The notes under the pieces: generated by a model
Told to the model about the DNA's origin: nothing
Database searches by the model: none
Seen by the model: only the letters and a program-made list of their open reading frames with translations
Part shown: positions 37,303-46,016 of the stretch, piece after piece
Position numbering within the stretch: the stretch's first letter is position 1
How the letters are laid out: each line of letters starts with the position of its first letter
Source of the DNA: a virus
Lineage: Duplodnaviria; Caudoviricetes
IMG/VR virus record: IMGVR_UViG_2866783905_000002
Location: 4,625-68,624 of that record
Strand: one strand, 5' to 3'
DNA length: 64,000 nucleotides
Translations under genes and position numbers: made by a program

Positions 37303-37331
37303 AGCCCCCGAGCCGACGGCCGGGGGCTTTT
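37303..37331 (+). terminator. Intrinsic terminator-like hairpin
   Basis: AGCCCCCG...CGGGGGCT-TTT. Confidence 0.6.
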
Positions 37332-37365
37332 GCACGCCCACGACCACGAGATCTAGGAGCTCACC

Positions 37366-37950
37366 ATGGTCAACATCATTCGCGCTGCCGATCTCGCGCT
37401 CGTCGGGAGCAACGGCGGCGCATGGGTCGCCCCGCTCGGCACCGCGCAGCCGACGGACCCTGCCGGGGCTCCCACGGGCGCGTGGCTGGCGATCGGCGCC
37501 ATCTCCGAGGATGGCCTCACCAACGGAGTCGACGAGGACTCGGAGCAGTTCACCCCGTGGGGCCTGAACAGCCCGTTCCGTACGGTCGTCACCTCCAGCG
37601 TCAGGACCTTCAGTTTCACCGCGTGGGAAACCAACAGGCCCATCGTGAAGTCGCTTCAGTACCGCATCCCGGTGGAAGACCTCGCCCCTGACGAGGACGG
37701 CATCATCACCTTCGCTGAGACGGCGACTGCGGCACCCGACCGGCGAGCGTGGCTGTTCGATGTGTACGACGGCACCGTCTGGGAGCGCTTCTTCATCCCG
37801 GAGGGCGAGATCACCGAACGCTCCGAGGTGACCTACGCGCAGGGCGAGATGGTCGGATACGAGTGGACCATCAGCACCTACCCGGACAGCTCGAACAACC
37901 TCGTCTACCACTCGTACCTGGCCCCCGAGGTTGAGGAGCACATGTCCTGA
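37366..37950 (+). CDS. Major tail protein
   Basis: WVAPLGTA.P...GAISEDG...TPWG...SFTAWET...YEWTISTYPD. Confidence 0.88.
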   Translation: MVNIIRAADLALVGSNGGAWVAPLGTAQPTDPAGAPTGAWLAIGAISEDGLTNGVDEDSEQFTPWGLNSPFRTVVTSSVRTFSFTAWETNRPIVKSLQYRIPVEDLAPDEDGIITFAETATAAPDRRAWLFDVYDGTVWERFFIPEGEITERSEVTYAQGEMVGYEWTISTYPDSSNNLVYHSYLAPEVEEHMS

Positions 37951-38276
37951 TGGCAACCCCGAAGAAGGTCATCACCCAGGCCGGCAAGCCCGTTTCCATG
38001 TTCTCGCTGCGGCAGCGCACGCGGGAGGCGACGCAGGAGCCGTTCACTTTCGACGTGGACGGCGAGTACTTCACCATGGCGTCGCCGGCGGAAGCGGACT
38101 GGCAGGTGACCGCCGGCCTGTCCACGGGCGACAGCAACCTGCGCGACTTCGTGCGGGAGCTGCTCGGCGACGACTACGAACGGTTCTGCAAGATCGAGGG
38201 CGTCTCCTCCGATGACATCAGTGCCCTCATCGAGGCCGCCAGCCAGCACTATCAGGGGGTTGGCCGGGGGGAATAG
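37950..38276 (+). CDS. Tail assembly chaperone (G)
   Basis: Between major tail and tape measure; ends at slippery GGGGGAA before TAG. Confidence 0.85.
   Translation: MATPKKVITQAGKPVSMFSLRQRTREATQEPFTFDVDGEYFTMASPAEADWQVTAGLSTGDSNLRDFVRELLGDDYERFCKIEGVSSDDISALIEAASQHYQGVGRGE
38267..38273 (+). other. Programmed -1 ribosomal frameshift site
   Basis: G GGG GAA; -1 frame is open (GGA ATA GCG GGC CTC...) and in frame with ORF 38354..38794. Confidence 0.8.
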
Positions 38277-38794
38277 CGGGCCTCGTCGCGCTGCTCGCCG
38301 AGCACTACGACGAGGTCGAGGCCGATCTGTGGTTTCACGCCAACAAGACGGATGTGCGGGATGTGCTGAGGCCGGGCGGCGGCGAATCACGTATGACCTG
38401 GCGGTTGCTAGGCAATTTGATTCGCCACCTTCCGCCCGAGTCGGCCACCAAGACGGCCCTGCGCAACAAGATGAGCGACGCCGAGATCGCGCAGGCAGCC
38501 AAGCACGGCGACCCGTCGCAGGGGCAGTGGTCGCAGTTGGAGATGCTGATGGCCACGATCAGCGACAAGCTCTCCTGGCTGCTGCACGCCACGCTCGTCG
38601 CCAATGGGGGCAAATCCAAGAAGCCTGAGCCGACGCCGCGTCCCGGCGTGAAGGCGAAGAGTGCGAAGCGGCACCGTGCTCTGACCGCCGAACAGTCTGA
38701 AGCGGTGCTTCGCCGTATCCACGGCGCTGACCTGCACGGCACATGGCAGCACACCAAACCCGGGCGCGTTGCTCACCTGCCGCGCTCTAACTGA
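38270..38794 (+). CDS. Tail assembly chaperone frameshift extension (GT)
   Basis: -1 frame continuation: EVEADL...MTWRLLGNLIRHLPPESATKTA. Confidence 0.8.
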   Translation, partial: GIAGLVALLAEHYDEVEADLWFHANKTDVRDVLRPGGGESRMTWRLLGNLIRHLPPESATKTALRNKMSDAEIAQAAKHGDPSQGQWSQLEMLMATISDKLSWLLHATLVANGGKSKKPEPTPRPGVKAKSAKRHRALTAEQSEAVLRRIHGADLHGTWQHTKPGRVAHLPRSN

Positions 38795-38835
38795 ACCAGC
38801 TCGACCGCAACCCGCAGACCGCAAGGAGGTGGGTT

Positions 38836-41800
38836 GTGGCCGAGTTCCAGGCTGGCGAAGTCGTCGTACCGGTCGTCCCATCGGCGCAGTCCTTCATCAA
38901 GGACCTGCAGAAGCAGGTTCTGAAGGGCGCCTACCCGCTGGGGCAGGAGATCGGCAAGGAGATCCAGCGCGGCATCTCCGACCAGCTCAAGGGCGTCTAC
39001 GAGCCGCTGAAAGAGGAGACCCGCAAGCAGCGGCAGCAGGCGCCGAAGGACGGCGACCAGATCGGCGGCTCATTCGCGCAGGCGTTCCGCCGCCGGCTGG
39101 AAGCAGGCCTGAAGGCGCTGCCGAAGGCCGAACTGGACGCCGACGCGACCGCCGCGGACCAGCAGGTTCAGGCGCTGCGGGCGCGGCTGGCGACACTCGC
39201 CGACCAGACCATCGGCATCGACATCGACGCGGGCGCCGCCGAAACCGAGTTGGCGGCGATCCAGCGGGAACTCGCCGCCATCGACGGCGACGCGGTGACG
39301 ATCGACGTCCGGACCGATATCGCAACCGCGCTGGCGGAACTGGCTGCCGTCGAGTCCGGAATGAACCGCGTGGGCGGGATTGTCGCCCGCCCACGCGTAG
39401 ACGTCGACATCTCCGGTGCGCTCGCCAGTATCGGCACGATCTCCGCTGCTCTGGCAGGGCTGGCGGCCATCCCGGTGGCAGCGACCGTGGGAGCCGGTGT
39501 CGCCAGCCTCGCCGCCCCATTGGCGGCGGCGGGTATCGGCTTCGCCGGCCTGGCCGCGGTAGCGGTGCCGAGCGTTTCCCGGATCGGAGAGGCTCTCCAG
39601 CAGCAGGAGCAGGCGCAGAAGGCGGCCACGACCGCGACTGCGGGCGCTGCCGGTGCCGCCCAGCAGGCGCAGATCCAAGCCCTAAACCTGGCCGCGGCGG
39701 AGGATCGTGTCGCCGACGCCAAACGGGACGCCAAGACCGCAGAAGACGACCTCACCCGGGCCCGCCAAGAAGCCAAGCGGGCAGCCGAGGACCTCGCGCG
39801 GGCTGTCGCGAACGCCGCCCTGGACGAGGAGTCCGCGGCGCTCGCCGTTGAGGAAGCCCGGCAGCGGCTAGCCGAGGTGCAGGCCGACCCGAAGGCCGGC
39901 GAACTGGAGCGTAAGCGGGCCGAACTCGACGTCCGGCAGGCGGAGCAGCGCGCCAAGGACACTCAAGCACGCAACAAGCAGCTGCAGCAGGACCAGAAGA
40001 CCGCCGACAAGGCAGGCATTGAGGGATCCGACCAGGTCGTTGCGGCGAAGAAGCGGATCGAGGACGCCAACAATCGGGTTGAGGACGCCGAACGGCAGCT
40101 GCGGCTCATGCAGTTGCAGCAGGCGGCGGCTGCTCAGCAGTCGGCGGCGGCGAACCGGCAGGTGGCGGGCGAGGTCATCAAGCTGTCGCCGGCGGCACAG
40201 AAGCTGGCCAAGCAGTGGAAGTCCTTCAGCGACGTCTACGAGACCTGGCAGAAGAAGCTGGAGCCGGACGTCCTGCCCGCACTCGGCAGTGGTCTCCAGT
40301 TCGTGGAGAAGCTACTGCCGAAGCTGTCTCCGCTGGTCAAGGGCGTCTCAGGCGCTCTGGATGGCCTGATCGATTCGGCGACGAAGGCGCTCGGCGGCAA
40401 ATTCTGGACCGACTTCTTCGCCATGCTGTCTCGGGAAGCGCCCGGGATCGTGACCGGTCTGGGCAAGAGCTTCGGCAACGTGATCACGGGCGTGGCGGGA
40501 ATCGTCAAGGCTTTCCTGCCTTTCTCGGGGACGGTGGTCGGCGGGATCGAGTCTGCGACGAAGGCTTTCTCCGACTGGGGGAAGAGCCTCGGCGAGTCGC
40601 AGGGCTTCAAGGACTTCATCGCGTACGTGCAGGAGAACGCACCCAAGGTGATCGAGGTCGTCTCGAACATCGCGACGACCATCGGCAATCTGCTGTCCGG
40701 CCTGTCCGGGCCGGGGGCCGGCGCGCTCGATGTGATCGTGTCGATCTCGGAGACACTCGCCAGCCTCACCCCGGGACAACTGCAGGCCATCGCGTTGGCT
40801 GCGGCTGGGGTGTTCGCGGCGTTCAAGGCGTGGCAGGCGATCACTGGCATCGTCAACGGTGTCCGGTCCGCCATTCAGACCGCGAGCTCCATCGTTGGTG
40901 GCGCCAGGGCTGTCTGGAGTGGGCTCGGCTCTGCCGCCAAGGGGGCCGCCGGGGTTGCTCGTACTGCCGGGTCCGGTATCGCTACGGCCGCCCGTACAGC
41001 CGGGTCCGTCGCTTCGAAGGGCGCTACGGCGGCGTGGACGGGCATCCAGACCGCGGCAAGTCGGGCTGGGGCGGCGGCTCGTACCGCGGGTACCGTAATC
41101 GCGTCAGCGGCTCGTACAGCCGGTACCGCGGCGGTTGCTCTCCTTAGGGTGGCGGCCGGCTACACGCGGATCGCTGCACAAGCCCTGCTGGCGCGGACGC
41201 GGATTCTGCTCGCGACGGCCGCCCAGGTCGCTGTGCGGGCGGCGACGGCGGCGTGGACAGCGATCCAGTGGGCCCTGAATGCGGCTTTGAATGCGAATCC
41301 GATCGGTCTGATCGTCATCGCCATCGCCGCTCTGGTGGCCGGGCTGATCTACGCCTACCAGAACTCCGAGACGTTCCGGAACATCGTCGATGCCGCGTTC
41401 AAGGCCATCGGCGAGGCCGCGACGTGGGTGTGGGAGACCGTGCTCAAGCCGGTCTTCGACGCGCTGGTGGCGCTGTGGCAGAACGTGATCGCACCTGCAG
41501 CGACGTGGCTGTGGCAGACCATCATCAAGCCGGCGTTCGACGGCATTGGGGCCGCGGTCCAGTGGGCGTGGACGAACCTGATCCAGCCGGCGGTGCAGGC
41601 GCTCGTCGCGTTCTGGCAGTCCACCCTGGGGCCCGTCTTCACGTGGCTGTGGAACAACATCGTCAAGCCCGCCTGGGATGGGATCGGTAAGGGAATCAAG
41701 ATCGCCTGGGAGACGATCATCAAGCCCGCCGTGGCTGCCCTGGTCGCCTTCTGGCGGGAGACCCTTGCCCCGGTTTTCACCTGGTTGTGGAACACGATCA

Positions 41801-43059
41801 TCAAGCCCGCTTGGGACGGCATCTCGGGGGCGATCAAAACCGCGTGGGAGAAGGTCATCCAGCCCGCCGTCCAGGCGTTCTGGAAGTTCATCTCCGAAAC
41901 ACTCCCGGATGGGTTCAAAAAGGGCGTCGACATGATCGGCCGCTTCTGGGACGGCCTCAAGGAGATCGCTAAGAAGCCCGTCAACTTCATCATCGAGACC
42001 GTCTACAACAACGGCATCGTGAGCTTGTGGAACACCGTCGCGGATGCGCTCGGTCTGGACGCGAAGCTGTCGAAGATCCCCGCGCTGGCGACCGGTGGAG
42101 TTGTGCCGGGGTACACGCCAGGGCGGGACACGATGATCGCGGCCGTTGGCGGCGGCGAGGCGGTCATGCGACCGGAGTGGACGCGCGCCGTTGGCACTGA
42201 CTTCGTCAGCCAGGCGAACGCCGCAGCTCGTAAGGGCGGCATCTCCGGCGCGGCCTCGTTCATGCAGCAACGGTTCATGGGCGCCTACGCCGGCGGCGGC
42301 ATCATCGGAGACGTTCTCGCCCAGGGCGTCAGGTGGGGCGCAGAGAAGCTGCTCAACCCGATCCTGGACAGCGCCGCTTCGGCGATGGGCAGTGGCCAGT
42401 GGGCGAAGATGCTCGTCTCATGGCCGCGCAAGATGGTCGACGACGTCATCACGTTCCTGGAGGGCAAGGAGGCCGCGGCCGGCGGTCCGGGCGCACAGAA
42501 GGCGTTGGAGTTCGCGCGTCAGCAGCTCGGCAAGCCGTACCAGTGGGGCGGCGCAGGGCCGAGCTCGTTCGACTGCTCCGGTCTGACGATGCGGGCATGG
42601 CAGGCCGGCGGCAGGTCGGACATTCCGCGCACGTCACAGCAGCAGATGGGGTGGGTGCAGCAGGTCGCCAAGCCCGTTCCTGGCGCGCTCGGTTTCCCTC
42701 ACCCAGGCCATGTGTGGATGTACGTCAACCCGAACACCATCATCGAGGCCCCACAAACCGGGCTGAACGTCCGGCAGGTATCTGCCCGCGCAGCTCAAAT
42801 GGTCGGTGTGCCCCCGTCGAAGGACGCCGCCACCTACGACAACGGCGGCTACCTGCCGACCGGCCACAGCCTCGTCTACAACGGCACCGGACAGCCGGAG
42901 CCGGTGCTGACGGACCGGCAGTGGCAAGCCATGCAGGGCGGCACCCGCGGCGGCGACGGGGCGCTGATTCGCATCGATGAGTTCAACGCCACCCCGCAGC
43001 AGGACCCTTACGCGATCGCTAAGGACCTGAACTTCATTCTGGGCCGTCGCAGGCGATAG
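38836..43059 (+). CDS. Tape measure protein with C-terminal NlpC/P60 peptidoglycan hydrolase domain
   Basis: 1407 aa helical with Trp-periodic repeats; LGKPYQWGG.GP.SFDCSGL...PRTS...GHV. Confidence 0.93.
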   Translation: MAEFQAGEVVVPVVPSAQSFIKDLQKQVLKGAYPLGQEIGKEIQRGISDQLKGVYEPLKEETRKQRQQAPKDGDQIGGSFAQAFRRRLEAGLKALPKAELDADATAADQQVQALRARLATLADQTIGIDIDAGAAETELAAIQRELAAIDGDAVTIDVRTDIATALAELAAVESGMNRVGGIVARPRVDVDISGALASIGTISAALAGLAAIPVAATVGAGVASLAAPLAAAGIGFAGLAAVAVPSVSRIGEALQQQEQAQKAATTATAGAAGAAQQAQIQALNLAAAEDRVADAKRDAKTAEDDLTRARQEAKRAAEDLARAVANAALDEESAALAVEEARQRLAEVQADPKAGELERKRAELDVRQAEQRAKDTQARNKQLQQDQKTADKAGIEGSDQVVAAKKRIEDANNRVEDAERQLRLMQLQQAAAAQQSAAANRQVAGEVIKLSPAAQKLAKQWKSFSDVYETWQKKLEPDVLPALGSGLQFVEKLLPKLSPLVKGVSGALDGLIDSATKALGGKFWTDFFAMLSREAPGIVTGLGKSFGNVITGVAGIVKAFLPFSGTVVGGIESATKAFSDWGKSLGESQGFKDFIAYVQENAPKVIEVVSNIATTIGNLLSGLSGPGAGALDVIVSISETLASLTPGQLQAIALAAAGVFAAFKAWQAITGIVNGVRSAIQTASSIVGGARAVWSGLGSAAKGAAGVARTAGSGIATAARTAGSVASKGATAAWTGIQTAASRAGAAARTAGTVIASAARTAGTAAVALLRVAAGYTRIAAQALLARTRILLATAAQVAVRAATAAWTAIQWALNAALNANPIGLIVIAIAALVAGLIYAYQNSETFRNIVDAAFKAIGEAATWVWETVLKPVFDALVALWQNVIAPAATWLWQTIIKPAFDGIGAAVQWAWTNLIQPAVQALVAFWQSTLGPVFTWLWNNIVKPAWDGIGKGIKIAWETIIKPAVAALVAFWRETLAPVFTWLWNTIIKPAWDGISGAIKTAWEKVIQPAVQAFWKFISETLPDGFKKGVDMIGRFWDGLKEIAKKPVNFIIETVYNNGIVSLWNTVADALGLDAKLSKIPALATGGVVPGYTPGRDTMIAAVGGGEAVMRPEWTRAVGTDFVSQANAAARKGGISGAASFMQQRFMGAYAGGGIIGDVLAQGVRWGAEKLLNPILDSAASAMGSGQWAKMLVSWPRKMVDDVITFLEGKEAAAGGPGAQKALEFARQQLGKPYQWGGAGPSSFDCSGLTMRAWQAGGRSDIPRTSQQQMGWVQQVAKPVPGALGFPHPGHVWMYVNPNTIIEAPQTGLNVRQVSARAAQMVGVPPSKDAATYDNGGYLPTGHSLVYNGTGQPEPVLTDRQWQAMQGGTRGGDGALIRIDEFNATPQQDPYAIAKDLNFILGRRRR

Positions 43060-43102
43060 CCGGGCGGCCCGCCCCGCATTTCAGCGAGAGGCGGTTTTTG
43101 GC

Positions 43103-43366
43103 ATGTCCACGATTCAGCCGTACACGACGGCTGACCTGGCGCGTCTGAGGTCGATCCAGGCCCGCCCTCAGGGGTGGTCGCACAGGGTCAAGCCGAGAGT
43201 CACCGACGGTCGCCGCTCGTCCACGGGAGAGCGGATCAAGGTGATCCTCGACGAGCTCGGCAACAAGACGCGCATGAGACAGCACGGGCAGGACGTCAAG
43301 ATTCTCAACGTGCAGACCGTGGTCGGGCAGATCCCCGCCCACCTGGTGGATTGGAGGCGGCAGTGA
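43103..43366 (+). CDS. Hypothetical protein
   Basis: Coupled to next ORF. Confidence 0.5.
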   Translation: MSTIQPYTTADLARLRSIQARPQGWSHRVKPRVTDGRRSSTGERIKVILDELGNKTRMRQHGQDVKILNVQTVVGQIPAHLVDWRRQ

Positions 43367-43632
43367 CCAGCGCACGAGTGGTTGCGATCAGGCTGCGGCG
43401 CGAGCAGGAGTTCCTCGACGTGTGCGCCGGCCTCGAAGAGCGGTTGGAGACCGCCAAGCAGGCGGCCCGCGGTGACGCTCCGGAGTCTGCTGTGGCCGAA
43501 CTGGGGGCAGCCAAGCAGGAGATGCGGTCGTTCCGCGAGTGGGCCCGTACGGTCGGCAGCCCGAGAGAGGGCATCCCGGGCAGGGATGCGACGGTCAGGA
43601 TGGGGGGTGCTGTCAGTGGCGTGGGCAGGTAG
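43363..43632 (+). CDS. Small helical protein, paralog of 21686..21919
   Basis: RBS GGAGG; SA..LR...LE..L..AK.A...AA...R..R..RT.G shared. Confidence 0.7.
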   Translation: MTSARVVAIRLRREQEFLDVCAGLEERLETAKQAARGDAPESAVAELGAAKQEMRSFREWARTVGSPREGIPGRDATVRMGGAVSGVGR

Positions 43633-44065
43633 CGGCTGGTATGCCCAAACGCTGGTGGCGTCGCTGGGCGGGACTGAGTACCCGCTTAACTTGGACGACG
43701 ACACTCACAAGCTCGCCCTGTACGACAACACGATCACCCCCGGTTTCGGGACTGACGAGTCGTATTCGACGTCAGGCGAGATCTCCGGAACCGGCTACAC
43801 GGCTGGTGGTGCGGCGATTGCCTCGGCAACGTTCACGGTCGTTACCTCGGGCGGCGTGTACGCGGTGTGGGACGGCAACAACGTGCAGTGGGAGGCGTCC
43901 ACGCTCACCGGAGTGCGGGGCGCAATTGCGCATGCCGACGCTGAAACACCCAAGCGGCTGATACTCGGGATCGACTTCGGCCAGGCGTACCAGACCAACG
44001 ACGGGGTCCTCCTCGTGTCGTTCAACGCGTCCGGCATCGGCCGGATCAACGTCGTAAGCCCGTAG
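43616..44065 (+). CDS. Putative virion structural protein ('YTAGG' family), paralog of 21922..22377
   Basis: KLALYDNTIT...EISGTGYTAGGA...QWEASTLT...NASGI. Confidence 0.75.
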   Translation: MAWAGSGWYAQTLVASLGGTEYPLNLDDDTHKLALYDNTITPGFGTDESYSTSGEISGTGYTAGGAAIASATFTVVTSGGVYAVWDGNNVQWEASTLTGVRGAIAHADAETPKRLILGIDFGQAYQTNDGVLLVSFNASGIGRINVVSP

Positions 44066-44086
44066 TCCCATACCTTCTCCGTTCAC

Positions 44087-44108
44087 GCCGCCTCGTGCGG
44101 CTTTTTTT
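44087..44108 (+). terminator. Intrinsic terminator
   Basis: GCCGC-CTCGT-GCGGC followed by T7. Confidence 0.65.
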
Positions 44109-44146
44109 AATGCCCGCCCTACCTGACCTGACGAGAGGGGGCGGGC

Positions 44147-45976
44147 ATGCCGATTGAGATTCACTCCTCCAGCCCGGCACCAGCCACCGGGTCCGGCACC
44201 ATCACCACCGCGGCCTTCAGTCCTCCCGCAAACAGTCTGCTCGTGGCTGTGGTCGGTGCGAGCGTCAGCAGCCCTGTCATCTCCAACAGCGGGACGGCGC
44301 GCACGTGGACGCTGCGCCGCCAGCATGCTTCGGCTGCGGGTGTGGCGATCTACACGGCGCCGAACCCCACTGCGCTGAGCAACATCACGGTGTCCATTGG
44401 GACCGCTACGGGCGGCCTGAAGGTCTACGTCCTCACTGGCCAGGACCCCACCAATCCGATCGGTGTCAACGGGTCCGGGTCCAGCACCCAGAACAACGCC
44501 ACCGTCAACGGGTACGTGTCGACCGCAGTCGGGTCACGCGGGTTCGCCGTCGCCTGGGATTTGTCCGGCAACGGGCTGCCGACTTCCACGGACGAAGAGG
44601 CCGCGTGGGAGCTGTTCGGCCTAGGCGGTATGGGTCTCGCCAAGGCCTCGGGCGTTGCCACCGCGGGCGAAACCGTCACGTTCAACATGGACGCGGGCGG
44701 CACGGCGGCAGCCGACTGGGCATGGGTGGCGCTGGAAATTATCTCTGCGTCGCTGGATGCGACGATCGACGCGGTCGAAGTGGAAGCTTCGGCCGAAGTG
44801 CCTGCGGTAGCGATTGAGTCTGGTCAGACCGTCCATTCCGCAGCGGTGGAAGCGTCGGCCGAGGTCCCCGCTGTGGAACTCCACGCCGGCCAAACCGCCG
44901 ATCCCGACCCCGTTGACGCTTGGGCGCAGGTCCTCGAACCGGACGTGGTCGCGGGCTCGGCGGAGCTGGTGGAGCCGACCGTGGTCGACGGCGCAGGCGA
45001 CGTGCCCGCTCCGGCGATCACAGCGGAGCAGCATAGGACCCTGACGCCGGACGCTGTTGACGCTTCAGCGGACGTGCCTGACCCGGACATCACGGCCATC
45101 CGGGCGTGGACGCTCACTCCTTCCACCGTCGAAGCGCAAGGGCTCATCCCGTCCCCGGATGTGAACGTCCCGGTTCTGCCCGGCGATCTCATCACTGGGG
45201 ACTGGCAGATCGAATGGGCCGGCCAGATATATGGCGGCCACGGCAACGTCTACCGTGTCCTCGCTGACAGCGTCGAAGGATGGGACAACCTGCCCGGCCT
45301 CGACAGCGACAGCGCGTTACGGCCCTCGCGGCATGGGGCATGGCCGGGCAAGCAACTCGCCCAGCAGCGGGAAGTGTCGGCGATCATCGCTATTGACGAT
45401 CCGCAAACGTTCGCTGCGTCCCTGCGAGCCCTACGCCGAGCGACTCGCGTGCAAGACGGTGACGGTGAGCAGAACCTCGTTATCCGCACTTACGGCGAAG
45501 CGCTGGTGACCACCGGAGTCGTCTCAGCCCGGGAGATCCCCACCCAGCACTACGGGCAAGGCTGGGCGCAGGTCAGCGTACGTTGGACGTGCTCCGATCC
45601 GCGCCGTTACAGCTTGGCACAGTACTCGCAGGTCATCCCGGCCGGCGGGACGCAGTCGATCGCCAACGCAGGGGACGTGGCGACGTCGCCGAGGTTCCGC
45701 ATCTTGGGACCGGCGGTGAATCCGGTCCTCGTCAACGTCACCCTCGATCGCATCCTCGGGTTCGATCTCACGCTGACATCGGGCCAACTGCTCGAAGTCA
45801 ATACGCAGCTCGGCACTGTGAAGATCGGCGAGACGTCCTACATGTCCACCCTGTCGGCGGAGTCTGTCCCCGTCGAGGACTTCATCGTCGATCTGGATGA
45901 CAACGAGCTGGCTTACGAAGTCGACTCCGGAGGCGCTGCAGGCGCTGAATGCCTGTGGTCTGACGCCTACCTCTGA
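44147..45976 (+). CDS. Distal-tail (Dit)-like protein with N-terminal beta domain and about 6 acidic 22-aa repeats
   Basis: C-terminal GWDNLP...RPSRHGAWPG...WTCSDPRRY...GDVATSP; repeats TVHSAAVEASAEVPAVELHAGQ. Confidence 0.75.
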   Translation: MPIEIHSSSPAPATGSGTITTAAFSPPANSLLVAVVGASVSSPVISNSGTARTWTLRRQHASAAGVAIYTAPNPTALSNITVSIGTATGGLKVYVLTGQDPTNPIGVNGSGSSTQNNATVNGYVSTAVGSRGFAVAWDLSGNGLPTSTDEEAAWELFGLGGMGLAKASGVATAGETVTFNMDAGGTAAADWAWVALEIISASLDATIDAVEVEASAEVPAVAIESGQTVHSAAVEASAEVPAVELHAGQTADPDPVDAWAQVLEPDVVAGSAELVEPTVVDGAGDVPAPAITAEQHRTLTPDAVDASADVPDPDITAIRAWTLTPSTVEAQGLIPSPDVNVPVLPGDLITGDWQIEWAGQIYGGHGNVYRVLADSVEGWDNLPGLDSDSALRPSRHGAWPGKQLAQQREVSAIIAIDDPQTFAASLRALRRATRVQDGDGEQNLVIRTYGEALVTTGVVSAREIPTQHYGQGWAQVSVRWTCSDPRRYSLAQYSQVIPAGGTQSIANAGDVATSPRFRILGPAVNPVLVNVTLDRILGFDLTLTSGQLLEVNTQLGTVKIGETSYMSTLSAESVPVEDFIVDLDDNELAYEVDSGGAAGAECLWSDAYL

Positions 45977-46016
45977 TCGCTGTATCGGCCCTTCTACCCG
46001 GACTGGGAGGTGGGCT

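Noticed and set aside
38267-38794. Stop at 38276 with a following ORF lacking a good start, as a pseudogene
   Set aside because: Explained by the standard -1 frameshift of tail assembly chaperones (GGGGGAA); ordinary.
40880-41160. ARTAG-type repeats and Trp-periodic repeats in the tape measure as a separate repeat element
   Set aside because: Normal internal periodicity of tape measure proteins.
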